Positions 13,685 to 26,509 of a DNA stretch of 64,000 nucleotides are shown in pieces. The position numbers and the translations under genes are program-made. Under the pieces are notes generated by a model, which saw only the letters and a program-made list of their open reading frames with translations, had not been told where the DNA came from and did not search any database. The stretch spans positions 1-64,000 of the forward strand of contig NIVC01001635.1 of assembly GCA_002269645.1 (NCBI GenBank). Reading direction: 5' to 3'. The DNA comes from Macrostomum lignano. Taxonomy: Eukaryota. Numbering within the stretch: position 1 is the first letter of the stretch; each line of letters opens with the position of its first letter.

Positions 13685-16600
13685 AGTTTGCGAAGATTCT
13701 ATAGTTTGCGAAGACTGCAGTTTGCGAAGACTGCAGTTTGCGAAGACTGCAGTTTGCGAAGATTCTATAGTTTGTGAAGACTGCAGTTTGTGAAGACTGC
13801 AGTTTGCGAAGATTCTATAGTTTGTGAAGACTGCAGTTTGTGAAGACTGCAGTTTGCGAAGATTCTATAGTTTGTGAAGACTGCAGTTTGTGAAGACTGT
13901 AGTTTGCGAAGATTCTATAGTTTTTGAAGACTGCAGTTTGTGAAGACTGCAGTTTGCGAAGATTCTATAGTTTGTGAAAACTGCAGTTTGTGAAGACTGC
14001 AGTTTGCGAAGATTCTATAGTTTGTGAAGACTGCAGTTTGTGAAGACTGCAGTTTGCGAAGATTCTATAGTAGTCTTGTGAAGACTGTAGTTTGCGAAGA
14101 TTCTATAGTTTGTGAAGACTGCAGTTTGTGAAGATTCTGTAGTTTGTGAAGACTGTAGTTTGTGAAGACTGTAGTTTGTGATGACTGTAGTTTGTGAAGA
14201 CTGTAGTTTGTGATGACTGTAGTTTGTGATGACTAGTTTGTGATGACTGTAGTTTGTGATGAGTGTAGTTTGTGAAGACTGTAGTTTGTGATGGCTGTAG
14301 TTTGTGAAGATTCTGTAGATTGTGAAGACTGTAGTTTGTGAAGACTGTAGTTTGTGAAGACTGTAGTTTGTGATGACTGTAGTTTGTGATGACTAGTTTG
14401 TGATGACTGTAGTTTGTGATGAGTGTAGTTTGTGAAGACTGTAGTTTGTGATGACTGTAGTTTGATGACTGTAGTTTGTGATGACTGTAGTTTGTGAAGA
14501 CTGTAGTTTGTGATGACTGAAGTTTGTGAAGACTGTAGTTTGTGATTACTGTAGTTTGATGGCTGTAGTTTGTGAAGATTCTGTAGATTGTGAAGACTGT
14601 AGTTTGTGAAGATTCTATAGTTTGTGAAGACTGTAGTTTGTGAAGACTGTAGTTTATGATGACTGTAGTTTGTGATGGCTGTAGTTTGCGAATACTGTAG
14701 TTTGTGATGAGTAGTTTGTGAAGACTGTAGTTTGCGAAGACTGTAGTTTGTGAAGACTGTAGTTTGTGAAGACTGTAGTTTGCGAAGACTGTAGTTTGTG
14801 AAGACTGTAGTTTGTGATGACTGAAGTTTGTGATAAGTGTAGTTTGTGATGAGTGTAGTTTGTGATGACTGTAGTTTGTGAAGACTTAAGTTTGTGATGA
14901 CTGTTGTTTGATGACTGTAGTTTGTGATGACTGTAGTTTGTGAAGACTTAAGTTTGTGATGACTGTTGTTTGTGAAGACTGTAGTTTGTGATTACTGTAG
15001 TTTGATGGCTGTAGTTTGTGAAGATTCTGTAGATTGTGAAGACTGTAGTTTGTGAAGATTCTATAGTTTGTGAAGACTGTAGTTTGTGAAGACTGTAGTT
15101 TATGATGACTGTAGTTTGTGATGGCTGTAGTTTGCGAATACTGTAGTTTGTGATGAGTAGTTTGTGAAGACTGTAGTTTGCGAAGACTGTAGTTTGTGAA
15201 GACTGTAGTTTGCGAAGACTGTAGTTTGTGAAGACTGTAGTTTGCGAAGACTGTAGTTTGTGAAGACTGTAGTTTGCGAATACTGTAGTTTGTGATGAGT
15301 AGTTTGTGAAGACTGTAGTTTGCGAAGACTGTAGTTTGTGAAGACTGTAGTTTGCGAATACTGTAGTTTGTGATGAGTAGTTTGTGAAGACTGTAGTTTG
15401 CGAAGACTGTAGTTTGTGAAGACTGTAGTTTGCGAATACTGTAGTTTGTGATGAGTAGTTTGTGAAGACTGTAGTTTGCGAAGACTGTAGTTTGTGAAGA
15501 CTGTAGTTTGCGAATACTGTAGTTTGTGATGAGTAGTTTGTGAAGACTGTAGTTTGCGAATACTGTAGTTTGTGAAGACTGCAGTTTGTGAAGACTGTAG
15601 TTTGCGAATACTGTAGTTTGTGAAGACTGCAGTTTGTGAAGACTGTAGTTTGTGATGACTGTAGTTTGTGATGACTGTAGTTTGTGAAGATTCTATAGTT
15701 TGCGAAGACTGTAGTTTGTGATGACTGTAGTTTGTGATGACTGTAGTTTGTGAAGATTCTGTAGATTGTGAAGACTGTAGTTTGTGAAGATTCTATAGTT
15801 TGTGAAGACTGTCGTTTGTGATGACTGTAGTTTGTGATGGCTGTAGTTTGTGAAGATTCTGTAGATTGTGAAGACTGTAGTTTGTGATGACTGTAGTTTG
15901 TGAAAACTGTAGTTTGTGAAGATTCTATAGTTTGTGAATACTGCAGTTTGTGAAGATTCTGTAGTTTGTGAAGACTGTAGTTTGTGATGACTGTAGTTTG
16001 TGATGGCTGTAGTTTGTGAAGATTCTGTAGATTGTGAAGACTGTAGTTTGTGAAGATTCTATAGTTTGTGAAGACTGTCGTTTGTGATGACTGTAGTTTG
16101 TGAAGACTGTAGTTTGCGAAGACTGTAGTTTGTGAAGACTGTAGTTTGCGAAGACTGTAGTTTGTGAAGACTGTAGTTTGTGAAGACTGTAGTTTGCGAA
16201 GACTGTAGTTTGTGAAGACTGTAGTTTGCGAAGACTGTAGTTTGTGAAGACTGTAGTTTGTGAAGACTGTAGTTTGTGAAGACTGTAGTTTGTGAAGACT
16301 GTAGTTTGTGATGACTAGTTTGTGATGAGTGTAGTTTGTGAAGACTGTAGTTTGTGAAGACTGTAGTTTGTGATTACTGTAGTTTGCGAATACTGTAGTT
16401 TGTGATGAGTAGTTTGTGATGACTGTAGTTTGTGAAGACTGTAGTTTGTGATGACTAGTTTGTGATGACTGTAGTTTGTGATGAGTGTAGTTTGTGAAGA
16501 CTGTAGTTTGTGATGACTGTAGTTTGTGAAGACTGTAGTTTGTGATGACTAGTTTGTGATGACTGTAGTTTGTGATAAGTGTAGTTTGTGATGAGTGTAG

Positions 16601-16826
16601 TTTGTGATGAGTGTAGTTTGTGATGACTGTAGTTTGTGAAGACTGTAGTTTGTGATTACTGTAGTTTGTGATGACTAGTTTGTGATGACTGTAGTTTGTG
16701 ATGACTAGTTTGTGATGACTGTAGTTTGTGATGACTAGTTTGTGATGACTGTAGTTTGTGATGACTGTAGTTTGATGACTGTAGATTGTGAAGACTGTAG
16801 TTTGTGAAGATTCTATAGTTTGTGAA
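13685..16826. repeat. 16-nt satellite GACTGTAGTTTGTGAA (~3.1 kb)
   Basis: About 200 units; the 685-aa minus ORF has a 16-aa period (3 x 16 nt). Confidence 0.96.
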
Positions 16827-17469
16827 GAGGTCACACAGAAGTTATTATCATACATAACGCTAGTTAAAATTTGTAAGTCCAACATTCTAGTTCCAAATCT
16901 CCATGAAGAAGAATTCAGCAAGCTGGAGAAAAAAAAATAAGAAGGTCGGGCCCGACTTAAGTGGCCCTCTAAATGCAGCCTCCTAACACTGCAGCAGGTC
17001 TTCATCCAATACTACAGGACACAAGAGCTGCTGGAATTGGCTGCCCTGCCGCGCAACCTGGCAGCTGTGAAGGATCCTTTAGAAGTCATTGATCCATATT
17101 ATATAGCCCCCAGAAGCGCTGCTCAAGTCGCTTGGGAGTGGGGGGGGGGTTGAGGGAGAAAGAAAAAAGTTGCCAGAAAACAGCAGTTGCTGCTGCTGCT
17201 CCTGCAAGAAGAAGACCTGACCTACTCAACCGTCCAAACTGGGAGGCCAAAGAGCAAAAAAGTAGAGATTCTACAATACACATCAGTTGCGCATGTTACA
17301 GACAGTAACATGTCATGTCATAGGACTGGGTTAAATTCACAACCAGCATGGTCTCTCATGTTCCATAACAGCTGTTGATGACAAACAAAGCAATGCTTTC
17401 GCGACAGCCGATCCGCAGTCATGCCCGTTGGACGCTGAGTAATCACCATGGCAGATAATAATCATAATG

Positions 17470-17930
17470 ATTAATCACTCAGTAAAATATTAATCATGAT
17501 AGATAATAGTCAAGATAATCAATCACCCACTTAAATGATAATAACGATGATTAATCACTCAGTTAGATGATAATCACAATGATTAATCACTCAGATGATA
17601 ATTACAATGATTAATCACTCAGTTAGATGATAATCACAATGATTAATCACTCAGATGATAATTACAATGATTAATCACTCAGTTAGATGATAATCACGAT
17701 AATCAATCACCCAGTTAGATGATAATCACGATAATCAATCACCCAGTTAGATGATAATCACGATAATCAATCACCCAGTTAGATGATAATCACGATAATC
17801 AATCACCCAGTTAGATGATAATCACGATAATCAATCACCCAGTTAGATGATAATCACGATAATCAATCACCCAGTTAGATGATAATCACGATAATCAATC
17901 ACCCAGTTAGATGATAATCACGACGATTAA
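17470..17930. repeat. 32-nt minisatellite GATGATAATCACGATAATCAATCACCCAGTTA
   Basis: Homogeneous units at 17680-17930, diverged units to the left. Confidence 0.9.
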
Positions 17931-18949
17931 TCAATAAAGTTTATGCTTTCAATGATGATTCAATAATTAGTATTACAATTAAAATCAAAGATTGTTCTTA
18001 CTGAACACTACTTATACTCTGCCAAATAGCTTACAACTGAGTTAATAACCACATTTACCTCTACAATATTCTAGACATAACTGTAACGAAAAAATGAAAA
18101 TTAATTTTAACAGCATTTAAACAAACCAAATTGTTGGAGTAAAATTTTATTTATAAACTCAAGCGACAGCTGGTAAAGTTGACAGTCACGCTCAGCTTGC
18201 AATCGGTTAAAAACTTTATTTAACTATAATCCATATATAAAAAAAGCATAAAAACACGACTTTATTATACTACTTAGATAGTACTTAGTAGTATGTACAC
18301 CAAATTTGATTACACGATTGACAAATTCGTATTAAAATAATTTGCAGTTTATTTATTTTACTACCGAGTATTGTAGCTATGCGTTATAGTTGAGATAGAA
18401 ATGCAGGACTGACAACACAAACTGGGATTATAAGATATTGTGAAACATTTTCATGCGAACATGTGTAGGTATGGATTACCTTTAAGATGTTATTAGATGA
18501 GAATGGCAAAGCAATAAAAGATCATTATTGGGAGAAATCTAAGATGACTAGAACCCAGCTTCATCAGCTATAATCGTTGTAGATATCCTTTGCACTCTGT
18601 TCAGATGGTCTAGATTTAGGCTACATACTACTATTAGTAACCCGAAACTATGCCTGATATTTATGCCTGTAGAGCGAATGCTACACCCAATTTTTTGTAA
18701 AAAAAAACTTTCTGACAGCAGTTTTGCTTTTATTACACTACTATTAGTAGTTTTAGCCCAGACAGATCTTAGTAAAAGTAGTTGGGCTGCATGGGATTCT
18801 CTCAAGGGAAGGAATTTCTTGTGTTTATTCTTTAATCTTTCATACTAGGATCAGGGAAGGTTAAGAAACTGCTGGCAAAAAAACCACGAGCTACTAAATT
18901 ATTACCCTATTGGAACAAGAAGAGAAGATCGGGACTGAGTGAGGGAGCG

Positions 18950-19678
18950 GGAAAAAGGGGGAGAAGAAGAGGGAGAGAGAGGGAAGGGGAGCTGAGAAGT
19001 GGGGAGGGGGGAGGGAGAGAGGAAGAGAAAGATGAAGATGAAGAGAGAGGGAGAGAGAGAGAAAGTGAGTTGCAGAGAGAGGGAGAGAAGGAGAGAAGAA
19101 GGAGAGAGGAAAAGAAGAAGGGAAGGAGAGAGGGGAGAGAGGGAGAGAGAGAGAGAGGGAGAGAGAGAGAGGGAGAGGGAGAGAGGGAGAGGGAGAGAGG
19201 GAGAGGGAGAGAGTGAGAAAGAGAGGGAGGGAAAAAGGTAGAGAGGGAGAGGGAGGGAGGAAGAGAGGGAGGGAAAGAGGGAGAGGCGGAGGCAGGGAGG
19301 GAGAGAGGGAGAGGGAGATGGAAAGAGGGAGAGAGAGAGAGTGAGAAAGAGAGGGAGGGAAAAAGGTAGAGAGGGAGAGGGAGGGAGGAAGGGAGGGAGG
19401 GAAAGAGGGAGAGGCGGAGGCAGGGAGGGAGAGAGGGAGAGGGAGAGGGAAAGAGGGAGAGAGGGAGAGAGGGAGGGAGGGAAAGAGGGAGAGGCGGAGA
19501 CAGGGAGAGAGAGAGGGAGAGAGGGAGAGAGAGGGGGGAGAGGGAAAGAGGGAAGGAGGGAGAGAGGGAGAGGGAGAGGGAGAGGGAGAGGGAGAGGGAG
19601 AAATAGGAAGAGGGAGAGAGGGAGAGGGAGAGGGAGAGGGAGAGGGAGAGGGAGAAATAGGAAGAGGGAGAGAGGGAG
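18950..19678. repeat. Polypurine GA-rich tract downstream of the HDAC8 stop
   Basis: Almost purely G/A on the plus strand. Confidence 0.92.
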
Positions 19679-19738
19679 CGGGATGGCAGCAGGCATGCAT
19701 GCATGTGTAGTGTGTACTCAGATGTATACTTAGAAAGC

Positions 19739-22126
19739 CTAACGCAACTGCAGGGCCTCGGCAAGCCGTTTGAGATTCTCCACCGCCGATTCCACCAACA
19801 GTCGCAGCTCTGTCGAATCGTTCAAATTTCGTTTCAACGACGGCGTCACGTCTAAGCAGAAGTCCGGGCCGTACTGGGAGAAGAAGGAGTGCTCGGGGAT
19901 GTCTTTGTCTAAGTCAACGCCAACAGCCAGGGCGGTGATGGCGGTCCACAGCTTGGCAGTTGACGGGAAATGATAGCCGCCACCGCCCAGGAGCAGCAGC
20001 GGCCGGCGGCTCTGCAGCAGCAGCTTCACGCAGTCCAGGTAGCCCGTCAGGGTGAGGTTAAAGATCTGCGGCGTGCGGCAATGCGGGGCAGGGATATAGC
20101 TGCGGGCTGGGGCGGCTGTGGAGCCAGGGGTCTGGGAGGCTGGCCCAGCAACTGAGAATCTGAGAGGCAGGTGGCCCAGCAACTGAGGATCTGGGAGGCT
20201 GGCCCAGCAACTGAGGATCTGGGAGGCAGGTGGCCCAGCAACTGAGGATCTGGGAGGCTGGCCCAGCAATTGAGGATCTGGGAGGCTGGCCCAGCAACTG
20301 AGGATCTGGGAGGCTGGCGCAGCAACTGAGGATCCAGGAGGCTGGCCCAGCAACTGAGGATCTGGGAGGCTGGCCCAGCAACCGAGGATCCGGGAGGGTA
20401 GCAACGGCCCAGCAACCCAGGATCCGGGAGGGTAGCAACGGCCCAGCAACCCAGGATCCGTGAGGGTAGCAACGGCCCAGCAACCCAGGATCCGGGAGGG
20501 TAGCAACGGCCCAGCAACCCAGGATCCGGGAGGGTAGCAACGGCCCAGCAACTCAGGATCCGGGAGGGTAGCAACGGCCCAGCAATCCAGGATACGGCCC
20601 GGCACGCCAACCTTGAACTCGTCTGTTGCCAGGGCATCGGCGCCGCACTGACACACCACGGCGCCGGGATCGAAGGCTTCAAAGGCGGCGTCAATCACGG
20701 CGGCAAAGCTGGCAGCGAACTGGGCATCGCTGACGCCCTCTTTGAGCGGCACATTGACGCTGGCGAAGCGACCGGGCCCTGCGCCGATGTCGTCGGAGTC
20801 GCCGCTGCCAGGAAAGAAGCCGTCAGCCCGATAGTGGAATGACACCTGTCAATCAATCAACGGGTTTGAATAGGCACTTAATGTCAGATTGGTAGATAAC
20901 ACTAAACAGAGCACTAAGTTGCATTCTTAGGATGTCAGATAGGGCGCCAAAGACACATTTTCAGAATGTCAGATACGGCGCCAAAGACACATTTGTAGAA
21001 TGTCAGATAGGGCGCCTAAGATACATTCTCAGAATGTCAGATAGGGCGCCAAAGACACATTTTCAGAATGTCAGATAGGGCGCCTAAGACACATTTTCAG
21101 AATATCAGATAGGGCGCCTAAGACACATTTTCAGAATATCAGATAGGGCGCCTAAGACACATTTTCAGAATATCAGATAGGGCGCCTGAGACACATTTGT
21201 AGAATGTCAGATACGGCGCCAAAGACACATTTTCAGAATATCAGATAGGGCGCCTGAGACACATTTGTAGAATGTCAGATAGAGCGCCTGAGACGCATTC
21301 TTAGAATGCCAGATAGGGCGCCTGACACATTTGTAGAATGTCAGATAGAGCGCCTGAGACGCATTCTTAGAATGTCAGATAGAGCGCCTGACACATTTGT
21401 AGAATGTCAGATAGGCCGCCTGACACATTTGTAGAATGTCAGATAGAGCGCCTGAGACGCATTCTTAGGATGTCAGATAGGGCGCCTGAGACACATTCTT
21501 AGAATGTCAGACATGGCGCCAGAACCAACCGTCAGAATCCCAGCCGAGTAGTAGAACGCCTCCTCAACCCCGTCGCCGTGGTGCAAATCCAAATCAATGT
21601 ACATAACCCGATCGTAGCGCTTCTTCAACTCCAACACGCCGTACACGATGTCGTTGATGTAGCAGAAACCGGAAGCTTCGTCCCGTTTAGCGTGATGCCA
21701 ACCGCCAGTCCAGTTGATGGCCACGTCGAACTGTCCAGCTGACAGGGCCTCGGCCGCAGCCACGGTTGCCCCGGCAACTAACGAAGCGATGTCGAACGCG
21801 CCGCGAACTGGCGGACAATCGTAGGCGAAGCCGAATTCTAACAGATCCGAGTCAAGCTCGTCGGCTTCAAGATCGGCGCTGCTCACTCGTTTTAATGCCG
21901 ACAGATAGGCCTCGGAGTGAAAGCCGAGCAGCGCAGACTCTGGCAGGGGTTTCAAATCCGATAGCACGGTTAATCGGTCCAAAAGTTTGTGGGCGTGAAT
22001 CAGCGAATGCACCAGAACTGATCGGCCGCGCACTTTTGGCAGCTGAGCGCTCAGCTCAACAAGTTGGCGACTGTAGGCCAGAGCGACTCGCCTGTCGCGT
22101 ACAGCCGATGCAGGGACTGCCGCCAT
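19739..22126 (-). CDS. HDAC8: Histone deacetylase 8 (class I), 3 exons, 385 aa
   Basis: Exons 21530-22126, 20612-20845 and 19739-20065 join in frame (both introns phase 0, GT-AG). Motifs GGWHHAKRDEASGFCY, YIDLDLHHGDGVEEAF, GFFPGSGD, QCGADAL, GGGGY and EHSFFSQYGPDF; the N-terminal RSVLVHSLIHA segment is HDAC8-type. Confidence 0.95.
20135..20595. repeat. HDAC8 intron 2 minisatellite: 28-nt GGATCTGGGAGGCTGGCCCAGCAACTGA plus related 34-nt units
   Basis: Directly visible; interrupts the HDAC domain in frame in the ORF track. Confidence 0.93.
20930..21515. repeat. HDAC8 intron 1 34-nt minisatellite GAATGTCAGATAGGGCGCCTAAGACACATTTTCA
   Basis: About 17 units. Confidence 0.93.
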
Positions 22127-22130
22127 GAAT

Positions 22131-25100
22131 TGGGTTCCGCGTCTGACTGGTTTGGGTTCCGTGTCTGACTGGTTTGGGTTCCGCGTCTGACTGGTTTGGT
22201 TCCGTGTCTGACAGGTTGGGTTCCGTTTCTGACTGGTTAGGTTCCGTGTCTGACTGGTTAGGTTCCGTGTCTGACTGGTTTGGGTTCCGCGTCTGACTGG
22301 TTTGGGTTCCGCGTCTGACTGGTTAGGTTCCGTGTCTGACTGGTTAGGTTCCGTGTCTGACTGGTTTGGGTTCCGCGTCTGACTGGTTTGGGTTCCGCGT
22401 CTGACTGGTTTGGGTTCCGCGTCTGACTGGTTTGGTTCCGTGTCTGACTGGTTTGGCTTCCGCGTCTGACTGGTTGGGTTCCGTTTCTGACTGGTTAGGT
22501 TCCGTGTCTGACTGGTTGGGTTCCGTTTCTGACTGGTTAGGTTCCGTGTCTGACTGGTTGGGTTCCGTGTCTGACTGGTTTGGGTTCCGTGTCTGACTGG
22601 TTTGGGTTCCGTGTCTGACTGGTTTGGGTTCCGTGTCTGACTGGTTGGTTTCCGTGTCTGACTGGTTGGGTTCCGTGTCTGACAGGTTGGGTTCCGTTTC
22701 TGACTGGTTGGGTTCCGTGTCTGACTGGTTAGGTTCCGTGTCTGACTGGTTTGGGTTCCGTGTCTGACTGTTTGGGTTCCGTGTCTGACTGGTTTGGGTT
22801 CCGTGTCTGACTAGTTTGGGTTCCGCGTCTGACTGGTTTGGTTCCGTGTCTGACTGGTTTGGGTTCCGCGTCTGACTGGTTGGGTTCCGCGTCTGACTGG
22901 TTTGGGTTCCGTGTCTGACTAGTTTGGGTTCCGCGTCTGACTGGTTTGGTTCCGTGTCTGACGGGTTTGGGTTCCGTGTCTGACTGGTTTGGGTTCCGCG
23001 TCTGACTGGTTTGGGTTCCGCGTCTGACTGGTTTGGGTTCCGTGTCTGACTGTTTGGGTTCCGTGTCTGACTGGTTTGGGTTCCGTGTCTGACTGGTTTG
23101 GTTCCGTGTCTGACTGGTTGGGTTCCGCGTCTGACTGGTTTGGGTTCCGTGTCTGACTGGTTGGGTTCCGCGTCTGACTGGTTTAGGTTCCGTGTCTGAC
23201 GGGTTGGGGTCCGTGTCTGACTGGTTTAGGTTCCGTGTCTGACTGGTTGGGTTCCGTGTCTGACTGGTTTGGGTTCCGTGTCTGACTGGTTTGGCTTCCG
23301 CGTCTGACTGGTTGGGTTCCGCGTCTGACTGGTTTGGGTTCCGTGTCTGACTGGTTTGGGTTCCGTGTCTGACTGGTTTGGGTTTCGTGTCTGACTGGTT
23401 AGGTTCCGTGTCTGACTGGTTAGGTTCCGTGTCTGACTGGTTTGGGTTCCGCGTCTGACTGGTTTGGGTTCCGCGTCTGACTGGTTAGGTTCCGTGTCTG
23501 ACTGGTTAGGTTCCGTGTCTGACTGGTTTGGGTTCCGCGTCTGACTGGTTTGGGTTCCGCGTCTGACTGGTTTGGGTTCCGCGTCTGACTGGTTTGGTTC
23601 CGTGTCTGACTGGTTTGGCTTCCGCGTCTGACTGGTTGGGTTCCGTTTCTGACTGGTTAGGTTCCGTGTCTGACTGGTTGGGTTCCGTTTCTGACTGGTT
23701 AGGTTCCGTGTCTGACTGGTTGGGTTCCGTGTCTGACTGGTTTGGGTTCCGTGTCTGACTGGTTTGGGTTCCGTGTCTGACTGGTTTGGGTTCCGTGTCT
23801 GACTGGTTGGTTTCCGTGTCTGACTGGTTGGGTTCCGTGTCTGACAGGTTGGGTTCCGTTTCTGACTGGTTGGGTTCCGTGTCTGACTGGTTAGGTTCCG
23901 TGTCTGACTGGTTTGGGTTCCGTGTCTGACTGTTTGGGTTCCGTGTCTGACTGGTTTGGGTTCCGTGTCTGACTAGTTTGGGTTCCGCGTCTGACTGGTT
24001 TGGTTCCGTGTCTGACTGGTTTGGGTTCCGCGTCTGACTGGTTGGGTTCCGCGTCTGACTGGTTTGGGTTCCGTGTCTGACTAGTTTGGGTTCCGCGTCT
24101 GACTGGTTTGGTTCCGTGTCTGACGGGTTTGGGTTCCGTGTCTGACTGGTTTGGGTTCCGCGTCTGACTGGTTTGGGTTCCGCGTCTGACTGGTTTGGGT
24201 TCCGTGTCTGACTGTTTGGGTTCCGTGTCTGACTGGTTTGGGTTCCGTGTCTGACTGGTTTGGTTCCGTGTCTGACTGGTTGGGTTCCGCGTCTGACTGG
24301 TTTGGGTTCCGTGTCTGACTGGTTGGGTTCCGCGTCTGACTGGTTTAGGTTCCGTGTCTGACGGGTTGGGGTCCGTGTCTGACTGGTTTAGGTTCCGTGT
24401 CTGACTGGTTGGGTTCCGTGTCTGACTGGTTTGGGTTCCGTGTCTGACTGGTTTGGCTTCCGCGTCTGACTGGTTGGGTTCCGCGTCTGACTGGTTTGGG
24501 TTCCGTGTCTGACTGGTTTGGGTTCCGTGTCTGACTGGTTTGGGTTTCGTGTCTGACTGGTTGGGTTCCGTGTCTGACAGGTTGGGTTCCGTTTCTGACT
24601 GGTTGGGTTCCGTGTCTGACTGGTTAGGTTCCGTTTCTGACTGGTTTGGCTTCCGCGTCTGACTGGTTGGGTTCCGCGTCTGACTGGTTTGGGTTCCGCG
24701 TCTGACTGGTTTGGGTTCCGCGTCTGACTGGTTTGGGTTCCGTGTCTGACGGGTTGGGTTCCGTGTCTGACTGGTTTAGGTTCCGTGTCTGACGGGTTGG
24801 GGTCCGTGTCTGACTGGTTTGGGTTCCGTGTCTGACTGGTTTGGTTCCGTGTCTGACTGGTTGGGTTCCGCGTCTGACTGGTTTAGGTTCCGTGTCTGAC
24901 TGGTTGGGTTCCGCGTCTGACTGGTTTAGGTTCCGTGTCTGACGGGTTGGGGTTCCGTGTCTGACGGGTTGGGTTCCGCGTCTGACTGGTTTAGGTTCCG
25001 TGTCTGACGGGTTGGGGTCCGTGTCTGACTGGTTTGGGTTCCGTGTCTGACTGGTTTGGTTCCGTGTCTGACTGGTTGGGTTCCGCGTCTGACTGGTTTA

Positions 25101-26509
25101 GGTTCCGTGTCTGACTGGTTGGGTTCCGCGTCTGACTGGTTTGGGTTCCGTGTCTGACTGGTTTGGCTTCCGCGTCTGACTGGTTGGGTTCCGTGTCTGA
25201 CTGGTTGGGTTCCGTGTCTGACTGGTTGGGTTCCGTGTCTGACTGGTTGGGTTCCGTGTCTGACTGGTTGGGTTCCGTGTCTGACGGGTTGGGGTCCGTG
25301 TCTGACTGGTTGGGTTCCGTGTCTGACTGGTTGGGTTCCGTGTCTGACTGGTTGGGTTCCGTGTCTGACTGGTTTGGCTTCCGCGTCTGACTGGTTGGGT
25401 TCCGCGTCTGACTGGTTTGGGTTCCGCGTCTGACTGGTTTGGGTTCCGTGTCTGACTGGTTGGGTTCCGTGTCTGACTGGTTTGGGTTCCGTGTCTGACA
25501 GGTTGGGTTCCGTTTCTGACTGGTTAGGTTCCGTGTCTGACTGGTTAGGTTCCGTGTCTGACTGGTTTGGGTTCCGCGTCTGACTGGTTTGGGTTCCGCG
25601 TCTGACTGTTTGGGTTCCGTGTCTGACTGGTTTGGGTTCCGTGTCTGACAGGTTGGGTTCCGTTTCTGACTGGTTGGGTTCCGCGTCTGACTGGTTTGGT
25701 TCCGTGTCTGACAGGTTGGGTTCCGCGTCTGACTGGTTTAGGTTCCGTGTCTGACGGGTTGGGTTCCGTGTCTGACTGGTTTAGGTTCCGTGTCTGACTG
25801 GTTGGGTTCCGCGTCTGACTGGTTTGGTTCCGTGTCTGACAGGTTGGGTTCCGCGTCTGACTGGTTTGGTTCCGTGTCTGACGGGTTGGGTTCCGTGTCT
25901 GACTGGTTTAGGTTCCGTGTCTGACGGGTTGGGTTCCGTGTCTGACTGGTTTGGGTTCCGTGTCTGACTATTTGGGTTCCGCGTCTGACTGGTTTGGGTT
26001 CCGTGTCTGACTGGTTTGGGTTCCGCGTCTGACTGGTTTGGTTCCGTGTCTGACTGGTTTGGGTTCCGTGTCTGACTGGTTTGGGTTCCGTGTCTGACTG
26101 GTTTGGGTTCCGTGTCTGACTATTTGGGTTCCGCGTCTGACTGGTTTGGGTTCCGCGTCTGACTGGTTTGGGTTCCGCGTCTGACTGGTTTGGGTTCCGT
26201 GTCTGACTGGTTAGGTTCCGTGTCTGACTGGTTGGGTTCTGTGTCTGACTGGTTAGGTTCCGCGTCTGACTGGTTTAGGTTCCGCGTCTGACTGGTTTGG
26301 GTTCCGCGTCTGACTGGTTTGGGTTCCGTGTCTGACTGGTTTGGGTTCCGTGTCTGACTGGTTGGGTTCCGTGTCTGACTGGTTAGGTTCCGCGTCTGAC
26401 TGGTTTGGGTTCCGTGTCTGACAGGTTGGGTTCCGTGTCTGACAGGTTGGGTTCCGTGTCTGACTGGTTGGGTTCCGCGTCTGACTGGTTTGGGTTCCGT
26501 TTCTGACTG
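22131..26509. repeat. 21/22-nt satellite GGGTTCCGTGTCTGACTGGTT(T) (~4.4 kb)
   Basis: About 200 units, abutting the HDAC8 start codon. Confidence 0.97.

Noticed and set aside
14948-17005. 685-aa minus-strand ORF
   Set aside because: A 16-aa period from three copies of a 16-nt unit; a stop-free frame of the satellite.
17470-17930. PBX-like TGATTGAT and GATA-like TGATAA motifs in the 32-nt repeat
   Set aside because: Short AT-rich motifs in an AT-rich unit are expected by chance, and no supported promoter is nearby.
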